NCBI GenBank assembly: GCA_965222605.1 | Contig: OZ244960.1 | Span: 1,184,001-1,248,000 of the forward strand | From: Candidatus Latescibacterota bacterium | GTDB lineage: Bacteria > Latescibacterota > UBA2968 | Direction: 5' to 3' | DNA: 64,000 nt | Part shown: one piece after another, positions 39,904-49,543 of the stretch | Numbering within the stretch: position 1 is the first letter of the stretch | Layout of the letters: each line of letters opens with the position of its first letter | Notes under the pieces: generated by a model | The model's database searches: none | What the model was told of the DNA's origin: nothing | What the model saw: only the letters and a program-made list of their open reading frames with translations | Made by a program: the position numbers and the translations under genes

Positions 39904-42678
39904 ATGCGTCTATCGTGGAATGAAATTCGCATCCGTGCGGCTCAGTTTGCTCAAGACTGGAAAGATGCTGGCTACGAGAAGGGTGAGACACAGAGTTTTT
40001 ACAACGAATTTTTTGACATCTTCGACGTGAAGCGGCGTACGGTTGCCCGCTACGAGGAGCACGTCCAGCGGTTGGATAACTCTCGCGGCTTTATCGACCT
40101 ATTCTGGCCGGGGGTGTTGCTCGTTGAGCAGAAGAGCGCGGGGGTCAATCTGGCGGCGGCTCGCAAGCAGGCGGGCACCTATTTCGACGCCCTGCCGGAG
40201 CGCGACCGTCCGCGCTATCAGTTGCTCTGCGACTTTCAGACCTTTGAGCTGCTCGATCGAGACGAGCGCGAGGAAGTCTCCTTCGCCCTCGCCGATTTGC
40301 CCCAACACGTCGAAAAGTTCGGTTTTATCCTCGGCGTCCAAAAGCGCACCTTCCGCGACCAGGATCCGGTCAACATCGAAGCATCCGAGCGCGTCGGTCA
40401 ACTTCACGACGCGCTGGCCGCCTCCGGCTACACAGGCCACGATCTCGAGCAGTTCCTCGTCCGCATTGTTTTCTGTCTGTTCGCCGATGATACCGGCATC
40501 TTTGAGCCACGCGACATTTTCTTTGACTTTTTGGAGAACCGCACGCAAAAAGATGGATCGGACCTCGGCGGCTGGCTGGCGCAATTATTCCAAGTACTCA
40601 ACACGCCCGAAGACCGTCGCTCGACCACCCTGGACGAAGACCTCAACCGTTTTCCCTACATCAATGGCGACCTATTCCGAGATCCCTTGCTCATTCCGTC
40701 GTTTAATTCCGAGATGCGCCAGCGTCTGATCGATGCCTGTACCTTTGATTGGTCGAGTATTTCGCCGGCGATCTTCGGTTCGCTCTTTCAATCCGTCATG
40801 GACAAGGACGAGCGCAGGGCACAGGGAGCGCATTACACCACCGAAAAGAACATCCTCAAGGTCATTGAACCGCTGTTTCTCGATGCTTTGCGTACTGAGT
40901 TCCACCACCTTAAGTCTCGCCGTGACAGTCGGCGCATCCCCGAAATGATTGCCTTTCAGCGACAGCTCGGTGAGTTGCGCTTTTTCGATCCGGCCTGCGG
41001 CTGCGGCAATTTTCTGATCATTGCCTACCGCGAGTTGCGGACGTTGGAAATCGAGGTGCTCAAGGAGATTCGTCCCCGTGGTCAACTCGATGTTCTGGCG
41101 GAGTTGCTTTCTGTTGTCGATGTGGATCAGTTCTACGGGATTGAGTTGGGAGAATTTCCGGCGCACATTGCCGAAGTCGCACTGTGGATGATGGATCACC
41201 TGATGAACAATCGTCTGAGCCTGGAGTTCGGCCAGACTTATGCACGTATTCCGCTGGAAAAATCGCCGCATATTTGGCACGGAGACGCGCTGGAGACCGA
41301 TTGGAACGACCTTCTTCCGTCCGGCGAATGTTCTTATGTGCTGGGTAATCCGCCGTTTGTGGGTGCAAAATACCAATCGCCAGCGCAACGCGAACAGGTC
41401 CGCCACATCGCCGCGTTGGGCAAAAGCGGGGGCACCCTCGATTACGTCACCGCGTGGTTTATCAAGGCTGGTGAATACGTGCAACAGGGCGCGGCACAGA
41501 TCGGTTTTGTAGCGACCAATTCCATCACGCAGGGCGAACAAGTGGCGCAACTCTGGCCGATTCTATTTGACCGTTACAAGCTGGACATCGCCTTCGCGCA
41601 CCGCACCTTTGCCTGGGGATCGGACGCCCGTGGTATGGCGCATGTTCACGTCGTGATTATCGGACTGACCAAATGGGGCGATGCGCCGCGAGAGAAGCGT
41701 TTATTTTCCTACGACCATCCCAAAGGCGAGCCACACGAGAGCCGCCACGCGGCCCTTTCGCCCTACCTGTTCGACGCGGGCGGACTCGCCAATCCGCGCA
41801 TTGTGGTAAAATCTGAACACCGGCCGATTAACGGACTGCCGAGATTGATTACCGGCTCCAAGCCCATCGATGGCGGACACTACATTTTCGACACCGATGA
41901 ACGCGCTGCCTTCCTGAGCGAAGAACCTAATGCCGAGCCGTATCTGCGCCCCTTCGTGGGAAGCCGCGAGTTTTTGCAGGGCGGAAAACGTTGGATATTG
42001 CGCTTGACCGATGTGCCACCCCAAGTCCTGAGAACGCTACTGAAAGTCCGCGAGCGCATAGCTTCCGTCCGCGTCTATCGGTTGGCGAGCAAAAGCAAGC
42101 CCACCCAAGCTCTCGCCGAGACGCCGACGCTCTACCACATAAACGTTATTCCCACCACGCCGTTTTTGGTCGTGCCAGAGGTCAGTTCCGAACGGCGGGA
42201 GTATGTGCCGATTGGATGGCTGGAGCCACCGGTAATTCCGAGCAATCTCGTCCGCATTATGGAAAACGCCAGCAAACCTCTATTCGCCTTGCTCACTTCT
42301 GCCATGCACGTAAGTTGGCTGCGCTACATTGGTGGGCGACTAAAAAGCGATTACCGATACTCCATCGGCCTTGTGTACAACACCTTCCCCCTCCCCCCTG
42401 TCCCCGCAGACCGACTGCAACGCCTCGCGCTCTATGCCGAAGCTGTACTCGCCGCCCGCGCCGCCCACCCCAACGCAACCCTTGCAGACCTCTACGACCC
42501 CGACCTCATGCCGGTCAATCTCCGCAAGGCACACCAGGCCCTTGACCGTGCGGTTGACCACCTGTACCGCCGTTCCCCATTTCCCTCTGACCGTGAGCGT
42601 GTCGAACATCTGCTCGTCTTATACGAAAAAATGATCGCCCCCCTCTCCGCCCCAAAACCAAAGCGAAGACGAAGGTGA
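39904..42678 (+). CDS. type IIL restriction-modification enzyme (MmeI/YeeA family)
   Basis: N-terminal FIDLFWPGVLLVEQKS (PD-ExK), GAHYT, FFDPACGCGNFL, GNPPF, C-terminal TLADLYDP; 924 aa. Confidence 0.9.
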   Translation: MRLSWNEIRIRAAQFAQDWKDAGYEKGETQSFYNEFFDIFDVKRRTVARYEEHVQRLDNSRGFIDLFWPGVLLVEQKSAGVNLAAARKQAGTYFDALPERDRPRYQLLCDFQTFELLDRDEREEVSFALADLPQHVEKFGFILGVQKRTFRDQDPVNIEASERVGQLHDALAASGYTGHDLEQFLVRIVFCLFADDTGIFEPRDIFFDFLENRTQKDGSDLGGWLAQLFQVLNTPEDRRSTTLDEDLNRFPYINGDLFRDPLLIPSFNSEMRQRLIDACTFDWSSISPAIFGSLFQSVMDKDERRAQGAHYTTEKNILKVIEPLFLDALRTEFHHLKSRRDSRRIPEMIAFQRQLGELRFFDPACGCGNFLIIAYRELRTLEIEVLKEIRPRGQLDVLAELLSVVDVDQFYGIELGEFPAHIAEVALWMMDHLMNNRLSLEFGQTYARIPLEKSPHIWHGDALETDWNDLLPSGECSYVLGNPPFVGAKYQSPAQREQVRHIAALGKSGGTLDYVTAWFIKAGEYVQQGAAQIGFVATNSITQGEQVAQLWPILFDRYKLDIAFAHRTFAWGSDARGMAHVHVVIIGLTKWGDAPREKRLFSYDHPKGEPHESRHAALSPYLFDAGGLANPRIVVKSEHRPINGLPRLITGSKPIDGGHYIFDTDERAAFLSEEPNAEPYLRPFVGSREFLQGGKRWILRLTDVPPQVLRTLLKVRERIASVRVYRLASKSKPTQALAETPTLYHINVIPTTPFLVVPEVSSERREYVPIGWLEPPVIPSNLVRIMENASKPLFALLTSAMHVSWLRYIGGRLKSDYRYSIGLVYNTFPLPPVPADRLQRLALYAEAVLAARAAHPNATLADLYDPDLMPVNLRKAHQALDRAVDHLYRRSPFPSDRERVEHLLVLYEKMIAPLSAPKPKRRRR

Positions 42679-42827
42679 TCATAGAACCACGGCGCCAGCT
42701 ACATTAAGTACTCAAGAGATGGCGATTTTACGGTTTGTTTTTTCATATCATTTTGATATTTTTTGAAGGTGATATGCCATGTGTGAGAGCGATGAATGTC
42801 GTAAACTTCCACTGAAAGGACTGTATA

Positions 42828-43937
42828 ATGGCTGACCAGACTGCTAAGACAAACACTGTGGAAGAGGAAATAGAGGGTCTTGATGACAATGAAGACGAGG
42901 CGTGGAAAGACTATCCAATAGACACGCTACTAATTCGAAACGAGAATCGCACAATTTATGAGGTTCTACGAAGAATCGGGCAGAATGCTTATATCATGGA
43001 CCCGGACTTTCAAAGAGATTTTATCTGGCCGGAAGACAAACAGAGCAAACTCATTGAGTCCGTACTGATGCGGGTCCCCCTCCCGGTTTTCTATTTGGCT
43101 GAGGACGATCAAGGGCGCATGGTAGTCGTAGATGGATTGCAACGCCTTTCGACATTCAAGCGTTTCGTCAATGGCGATTTGTGCTTAACCCTTCCGAGCC
43201 AGGAAGAATTGCACAACAAGCGATTCGGCGATCTATCCCCCAAGCTCAAAAACCGTGTCGAAGACTGCAATCTGATCTTTTACATTATGGACGCTAAAGT
43301 ACCAGATCGGGCCCGATTGGACATATTCGAGCGCGTAAATGGCGGGGTTCCTCTTACCCGGCAACAAATGCGCAATAGCTTGTACATGGGCGCGGCGACC
43401 CGTTTTCTCAAAACTGAGGCAGGTACGAATATTTTTTTGAACGCCACAGGACGTAGCCTGAATAAGGATACGATGCGAGATCGAGAGTTTGTCAATCGAT
43501 TTTGTGCGTTCCAACTTCTCGACCTTGATGAATACAAGGGAAATATGGATGATTTTCTCGCACAAGTACTAAAAAAAATGAACGATATGACACAGGAAGC
43601 CTTATCACGTCTATCAAAGGAATTTCGGAGAGGTCTTGCAAACAATCACAAAATTTTCGGCATACATGCTTTCAGAAAACACAGCAGTGGACAGGAAAAA
43701 CGCGGTGTACTCAATGCTTCGCTTTGGGATGTGATGTCAACCGGATTGTCGCGCTACCCGGAAAAAGTAGTAGAATCCCGTATGGAGGCCCTTAAAAATA
43801 AGTTTTATCCCTTAATGGACGACGAGGAGTTCGTTGCATCCATCACTTATGGCCCCAGTAGTACGGGAAAAGTTAGACGCCGGTTTAGCATTGCCAACGA
43901 GATGTTTGAGGAGGTGTTCTGTGCTCACACAACTTGA
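42828..43937 (+). CDS. DUF262 (GmrS/ParB-like) protein, probable Menshen NsnA-like
   Basis: PDFQRDFIW, LIESVL, VVDGLQRL, IFERVNGG. Confidence 0.8.
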   Translation: MADQTAKTNTVEEEIEGLDDNEDEAWKDYPIDTLLIRNENRTIYEVLRRIGQNAYIMDPDFQRDFIWPEDKQSKLIESVLMRVPLPVFYLAEDDQGRMVVVDGLQRLSTFKRFVNGDLCLTLPSQEELHNKRFGDLSPKLKNRVEDCNLIFYIMDAKVPDRARLDIFERVNGGVPLTRQQMRNSLYMGAATRFLKTEAGTNIFLNATGRSLNKDTMRDREFVNRFCAFQLLDLDEYKGNMDDFLAQVLKKMNDMTQEALSRLSKEFRRGLANNHKIFGIHAFRKHSSGQEKRGVLNASLWDVMSTGLSRYPEKVVESRMEALKNKFYPLMDDEEFVASITYGPSSTGKVRRRFSIANEMFEEVFCAHTT

Positions 43938-44280
43938 TTTGCGGCATTTCAAGTGTTTTGAATTGCTTCATCTTCCGTTGCGTTCGCTGACGTTATTGGC
44001 GGGTACCAATGCGAAGGGAGAACGCACTGCCGAGGGACATAAAATCTATCAGAAGCACTTCGCTGGTCAACGCGCATGGTTTTCCGATTCATCAGATACT
44101 GAGAAGCGCGATTTCCAAAACAATCTGACCTTTCTCCTGAACGACGGGACCTCGTTATTTTGTCCATGGCATGGGAAGGTGAATTTTCACCCTCCACTCC
44201 GCATTCATTTTTCGTGGCCCGTAACAGCGGTTGATCCATTGTATATAGTGTATGTTGGCCCTAAACTCACACTACAATAA
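43921..44280 (+). pseudogene. deletion fusion: first ~31 aa of an ABC/AAA ATPase joined to the C-terminus of a downstream gene
   Basis: GAGGAGG RBS, GTG; LTQLDLRHFKCF...LTLLAGTNA breaks inside Walker A, then unrelated FSDSSDTEK...FCPWHGK...RIHF..YVGPKLT. Confidence 0.7.
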
Positions 44281-44377
44281 TGGTAACCAAACTCCTTTCT
44301 CGCAACTCAGTCTGCCGCGCATGGTCGTCGTGCAACCAATGTGTTGTAACGTAATCCCTACCATTGGAGAAAACACT

Positions 44378-45976
44378 GTGACAAACCCCAATATCATCGT
44401 CATTCTCGTAGATGACATGGGCTATTCGGATCTCGGTTCTTATGGTGGCGAGATCCGAACGCCCAATCTGGATCGCCTATCGGCAAATGGCCTGCGATTC
44501 ACGCAAAGTTACAACTCTGCCCGCTGTTGTCCTTCGCGGGCTTCCCTGCTCACAGGGCTGTATTCTCATCAGGCTGGAATCGCCAATTTTACGGGAAAAG
44601 ACCAAACCGCCGAATTGGGACCGGCCTATTTGGGTCGGCTAAACAACAACTGCGTGACATTGGCAGAAGTCCTCAAAACCGCGGGCTACAGCACCTATGG
44701 CGTGGGGAAATGGCACGTTGGCGATCAAAGTAACCCAACAGACCGGGGATTTGACGAATACTACGGATTCATCAAAGGCCACAGCGCGCCGCAATGGGAC
44801 CCGTCTTATTATCATCGCTATCCCGAAACTCGAACACCCGAACTTTCTTTTACCGACGATGCATTCTACGCAACAGAAGCATTCAACGATTACGCCGTAG
44901 AATTTATCGATCAGGCACAACAAAAAGACAATCCCTATTTCCTCTACCTCGCCCACTCGGCTCCGCATTTTCCCTTACATGCGCCAGCAGAAACCCGCGA
45001 TTCATATATCGATATTTACCGTCGCGGTTGGGATGTATTGCGCCGTGAACGCTACGCACGCCAGCAGGAATCCGGCATGGCAACAGAAAACTGGCAATTC
45101 ACACCGCGTTCAATTGTCCCCATCGAAGAAAATGATGCCATAGCAAATGGGTATAGCGGCAAACAGAATCCCGCGTGGGAAGATCTATCACATGACCGAC
45201 GAGAGGACCTCGCCTACCGCATGGCGGTCTTTACGGCCATGATCGAGCATATCGATCGCGGCATAGGCAGAATCATTGACCACCTGGAAGAAACAGAAGA
45301 ACTGGACAATACACTCGTCCTATTTACAAGCGACAATGGCGCGTGTTACGAATGGGGACCTTTTGGATTTGACGAGCGCAGCAGATTGGGTGTCACCCAT
45401 CTCCATACAGGAGAGGACCTGAAAAAGATCGGAGGACCGGACACGTATCACTCTGTGGGCAGCGCGTGGTCCTGCTTGAGCAACACACCGCTGCGCATGT
45501 ACAAACACTACAACCACGAAGGCGGAAATTGCAGCCCATTCATCGCCCATTGGCCCGAAGGGATTGTGCAACCCGACCGCTGGGTCCGCACCCCCATGCA
45601 CCTGTTTGACATCATGCCAACCCTGTGCGAAATTACAGAAGCCGAATATCCCGAAACACATAATGGAGAACACATTCACCCGCAAGAAGGGACGAGCCTC
45701 GTACCCCTATTCAACGCCCAAAGCCTGCCCGAACGCAGCCTGTGTTTCGACCACTTTGACGCCAGTGCCATACGCAGGGGAAAATGGAAATTGCTAAAGG
45801 GAAATACCCGATATCCCAACAGAGATTGGGAACTCTACGATATGGAAAAAGACCGCTGTGAAACCAGCGATCTATCAGCAGAACATCCCAAATTGGTAAA
45901 ATCACTCGCGCGAGAATGGACCGAATGGGCCGTACGAGTCAAGGTGCATCCTTATTACAAGGAGGGACCAAAATGA
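44378..45976 (+). CDS. arylsulfatase
   Basis: PNIIVILVDDMG, CCPSRASLLTG (CxPxR), GKWH, SDNG, ELYDM. Confidence 0.92.
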   Translation: MTNPNIIVILVDDMGYSDLGSYGGEIRTPNLDRLSANGLRFTQSYNSARCCPSRASLLTGLYSHQAGIANFTGKDQTAELGPAYLGRLNNNCVTLAEVLKTAGYSTYGVGKWHVGDQSNPTDRGFDEYYGFIKGHSAPQWDPSYYHRYPETRTPELSFTDDAFYATEAFNDYAVEFIDQAQQKDNPYFLYLAHSAPHFPLHAPAETRDSYIDIYRRGWDVLRRERYARQQESGMATENWQFTPRSIVPIEENDAIANGYSGKQNPAWEDLSHDRREDLAYRMAVFTAMIEHIDRGIGRIIDHLEETEELDNTLVLFTSDNGACYEWGPFGFDERSRLGVTHLHTGEDLKKIGGPDTYHSVGSAWSCLSNTPLRMYKHYNHEGGNCSPFIAHWPEGIVQPDRWVRTPMHLFDIMPTLCEITEAEYPETHNGEHIHPQEGTSLVPLFNAQSLPERSLCFDHFDASAIRRGKWKLLKGNTRYPNRDWELYDMEKDRCETSDLSAEHPKLVKSLAREWTEWAVRVKVHPYYKEGPK

Positions 45977-47271
45977 ACATAACCCAATTTACAATGGAAG
46001 AGGTGCGTTGTTTTGCCGAACGTCAGCAATTTGACATTCGGCCTCTAACTTTCCTGGTCGGAGAAAACAGCACTGGCAAGACAACAGCACTGGCGTGTTT
46101 TCAGGTGTTGGCAAATTATTTGAAAAGTGGAGAAGTCGATTTCAATTCAGAGCCTTACTCAATGGGCATCTTTCGGGATATTGTGAGAAATAGCAGACCA
46201 AAAGGCAACGCTTTTAAGTTGGGTTTTACTTTTACTGGTGATCAGGAAGATGTCGAATATACCGTTGAATGTGTTCAAAAAAAGGATGGACTTGAGCCTA
46301 CCGTCGAGTCCGTAACAATAAAATTCACCGACGGGGAGATCGTTTTTCAAGTTTTTCAAAAAAAAGAGACATCAGGAAAGGGTATATATTTAGCCTCTTT
46401 TGATGAAGATCGTAATCAATATTATGTAGATGTAGCCTTTTTAGATCAGGTCCCTCTCTCCTTACTTCTAAATTATTGTACTAACATAATAGAACGGCAA
46501 TCTGAGGGCGAAAATCCTTTAGCAGAATATGTACTGAAAAAGTATAAAGATATTGGACGCCTGGGAAACCTCCGCGACATATCCGTATTTAGTACATCAC
46601 CGGTTCGCTCACGACCCAAACGGACTTATGATCCGACACGAGAATTTAATGACCCCGAAGGAAGCGATGTGCCCATGCGACTCATGCGGATACAAACGAT
46701 GAAAAAAAAGGAATGGGAAGACTTGAAACAGCGGTTGGTCGAATTTGGGAAGGGTTCTGGGTTATTTCAGAATATAGAAATTAAAAACTTCGGCGGGTCT
46801 ATGGGGGACCCTTTTCAACTGAAAATCAAGGTAAGAGGGCCTCATGCCAATATCATTGATGTGGGCTATGGTATCAGTCAAATTTTGCCAATTCTGGTGC
46901 ATATTTTAAGTCCTTCTCCTCTTTCTCAATGGCAGAAGACCTACTTCTTATTACAACAGCCTGAAGTCCATCTACACCCAACGGCGCAAGCCCAACTCTC
47001 TTCTTTACTGGCGTCATCTGCAAGCCATGGTGATCAGTCTTTCATCGTTGAAACACATAGCGACTACATGATTGACCGCGCACGCATTGAAATCAGGAAA
47101 GGCACCATCAGCCCCAAAGATGTGTCGTTGATCTATTTGGAACCCAAGAGACGCTTTGTTAAGGTGCATAATATCGGTTTTGATAAGATGGGTAATATGG
47201 TTGGTGTGCCGACGCATTACAGAGGATTTTTCATAAAAGAATACCGTCGGCTCATGGGTTTTGAGGAATAA
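45973..47271 (+). CDS. ABC-family (AAA_15/AAA_21-like) ATPase
   Basis: GENSTGKT (Walker A), DVGYGISQ, LLQQPEVHLHP (Walker B/D-loop), VETHS (H-loop); AT-richer than flanks. Confidence 0.85.
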   Translation: MNITQFTMEEVRCFAERQQFDIRPLTFLVGENSTGKTTALACFQVLANYLKSGEVDFNSEPYSMGIFRDIVRNSRPKGNAFKLGFTFTGDQEDVEYTVECVQKKDGLEPTVESVTIKFTDGEIVFQVFQKKETSGKGIYLASFDEDRNQYYVDVAFLDQVPLSLLLNYCTNIIERQSEGENPLAEYVLKKYKDIGRLGNLRDISVFSTSPVRSRPKRTYDPTREFNDPEGSDVPMRLMRIQTMKKKEWEDLKQRLVEFGKGSGLFQNIEIKNFGGSMGDPFQLKIKVRGPHANIIDVGYGISQILPILVHILSPSPLSQWQKTYFLLQQPEVHLHPTAQAQLSSLLASSASHGDQSFIVETHSDYMIDRARIEIRKGTISPKDVSLIYLEPKRRFVKVHNIGFDKMGNMVGVPTHYRGFFIKEYRRLMGFEE

Positions 47272-47273
47272 TT

Positions 47274-47695
47274 ATGTGTGTTATTTTGGACGCAATATGT
47301 TTGGCGAATTTAAGGATCAAGACAATGGAGATATGCAACCCGTGTGGAATTGGTTAGAAAAAAAGAATGGCAAAATAGCTTATACCAATACCAGGAAATT
47401 TGATGAAGAATGGGAAAGAGGTGGCGTAACTGATTTGATAAAACTATTGAAACAAGCTGAGAAACTCAAAGAGATACCTGCGCCAGATGTGCAACAAAAA
47501 GAGAATGAACTGACAGGTAAAATAGAATCTGATGACCCGCATATTATTGCATTAGCTATTGTCGCAGACGTAAAAGTACTGGTCTCCAGCGACCGGGCAT
47601 TGCACCAGGACTTTAAGAATCGCAATCTGGTCGGTGGCAAAGTATATCAAAACAAAAAACATGCACGCTTGCTAAAAAAAGATACCTGTCCTTAG
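47274..47695 (+). pseudogene. PIN-domain protein with a frameshift near 47294
   Basis: ATG 47274 gives MCVILDA; the frame then shifts to NMFGEFK...SDDPHIIALA...VLVSSDRAL. Confidence 0.7.
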
Positions 47696-47701
47696 TTGCC
47701 T

Positions 47702-48748
47702 TCATCTTACTTTCTCAACAAACGGCCACATAAGATCGCTATAGAAACGGTGGCCTGCGGCGCCGTAGTGGTGTTCGATATGGTCGGGCACGCCAGCGAT
47801 CTCGTAGAGACGCGCGATACCTTTGACCGCGCGATCGACTTCGGGCACGGGAAATAGCCTATCCTGTTTCCCATTCACAATACAGAGATGGCGCGGAGCA
47901 ATAAGACCCACAACATCCCAGATCTCACCAAAGCGCAAAATGCCGGGCACCGCATTGCAATCGCAATGGTGAATCAAACCGCTGGCACCCACAAGCGTGC
48001 AAAAAGAACAACTCGGAACAGCAATGGTAACGCGGGGATCAACTGCGGCTACATAACAGGTAATAACCCCACCGCCAGAATTGCCCATAACCAGAATCGT
48101 AGATGTATCGATTTCGGGCATATCCTGTGCCCAATCAATAAGGCGCATCACATCCCACACGCGCTCACCCGTCGCAGTGCGCCCGGCGAGCAAAGCGTGC
48201 ATAAACTGGCTGCGGCAATCGCGGTCGCCGTGGCGCTTGTTAATATCGGGAATAGCTGTGGTACTCGTACCGCGTGCAGCAGGAGCAATGGCGGCAAACC
48301 CGCGCTTGACCGCCTGAACAGCAACATCGCGGTCTTCCGCCTCGATCTTTTTGCGATGATCGTCATCGCTCGCTTTTCCAATATACGTATCCATCCCGTA
48401 TTTATCGTGCCCGTGTGGCAAAACAGCGAGTGGAAAAGGGCCATCGCCCCTGGGTTGGAGATACCAGAACGGCAAACCAAAATGCGGTTCGGTAGTAATA
48501 ACACCCGGCTGCAACGTATAATCGCCCATATCTTGCGCTGCACCGAGTTGCACCTGAATCGTGTGATCGCCCAGAGACGCACCAATACTTTCGAGACCCA
48601 GCATGTGCTGAAGCACCGGACGCGCCTCCTCTTGCCATTGCAGAAAAGATTCGCGATCAGTTGCTCGACACGCGACATAGCGCAGTTCGTCGGTATAAAG
48701 ATAGTCGAGATAGGTGCGAACAGCACCACTGTGTTCGGGATGTTCCAT
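47702..48748 (-). CDS. alpha/beta hydrolase (dienelactone hydrolase/acetylxylan esterase-like)
   Basis: LPHGH, GERVWDV, VMGNSGGG (nucleophile Ser), NGKQDRLFP, GHRFY. Confidence 0.85.
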   Translation of the reverse strand: MEHPEHSGAVRTYLDYLYTDELRYVACRATDRESFLQWQEEARPVLQHMLGLESIGASLGDHTIQVQLGAAQDMGDYTLQPGVITTEPHFGLPFWYLQPRGDGPFPLAVLPHGHDKYGMDTYIGKASDDDHRKKIEAEDRDVAVQAVKRGFAAIAPAARGTSTTAIPDINKRHGDRDCRSQFMHALLAGRTATGERVWDVMRLIDWAQDMPEIDTSTILVMGNSGGGVITCYVAAVDPRVTIAVPSCSFCTLVGASGLIHHCDCNAVPGILRFGEIWDVVGLIAPRHLCIVNGKQDRLFPVPEVDRAVKGIARLYEIAGVPDHIEHHYGAAGHRFYSDLMWPFVEKVR

Positions 48749-48773
48749 ATTGAATACCTTTCAAGGAAAAAAA

Positions 48774-49538
48774 ATGGCAGACACACTGCGTGAAGTACTG
48801 GATTTTGCAACAGATGCCGCCTGGCAAGCCGGACGGATCACGCTGCGATATTTTCAGACCGGCGTCGAGGTAGAAGAAAAGGCCGATGAAACACCTGTAA
48901 CGGCTGCAGACAGAGGGGCCGAGACAAAATTGCGAGAATTGATTGAAGCGCGTTTTCCCAACGACGGCATTGTGGGAGAAGAGCACGGAGAGAAAAAAGG
49001 AACAACCGGACGGCGATGGATTTTAGACCCCATTGACGGCACAAAATCATTTGTACACGGCGTACCGCTCTACGGAGTACTGGTCGGCGTGGAGGTCGAG
49101 GACGAACCCGCCGTTGGCGTCGTTCATTTTCCAGCACTAAATGAAATGATTTGTGCTGCCAAAGGATTGGGTTGCACGTGGAATGGTCGCCCCGCGAGGG
49201 TATCTGATATATCGGATATCCGGGACGCGACCGTGATCTTGACCTCTCCTGTGCATAAACACGGCCGAGACGAAGCCATGAACCGGATTTGCTCACGCGC
49301 CAAACTCGTGCGCGGCTGGGGCGATTGTTATGGTTACATGCTCGTCGCAACCGGGCGTGCAGAAATCATGCTCGACCCTATTATGAACGTATGGGATTGC
49401 GCCGCCCTCGCACCCATCTTAGAAGAAGCGGGCGGCACATTCACAACGTGGAGCGGCGAAGCGACCATCTGGGGCAACGAGGCCGTGGGCACAAATGGGG
49501 CGTTATTTGAAGAAGTGATGGCCTTGATAAAGGGTTGA
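48774..49538 (+). CDS. hisN: histidinol-phosphatase / inositol monophosphatase family
   Basis: PVTAADR, GEE, WILDPIDGTKSF, RGWGDCYGY, WDCAAL. Confidence 0.75.
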   Translation: MADTLREVLDFATDAAWQAGRITLRYFQTGVEVEEKADETPVTAADRGAETKLRELIEARFPNDGIVGEEHGEKKGTTGRRWILDPIDGTKSFVHGVPLYGVLVGVEVEDEPAVGVVHFPALNEMICAAKGLGCTWNGRPARVSDISDIRDATVILTSPVHKHGRDEAMNRICSRAKLVRGWGDCYGYMLVATGRAEIMLDPIMNVWDCAALAPILEEAGGTFTTWSGEATIWGNEAVGTNGALFEEVMALIKG

Positions 49539-49543
49539 TCGTT

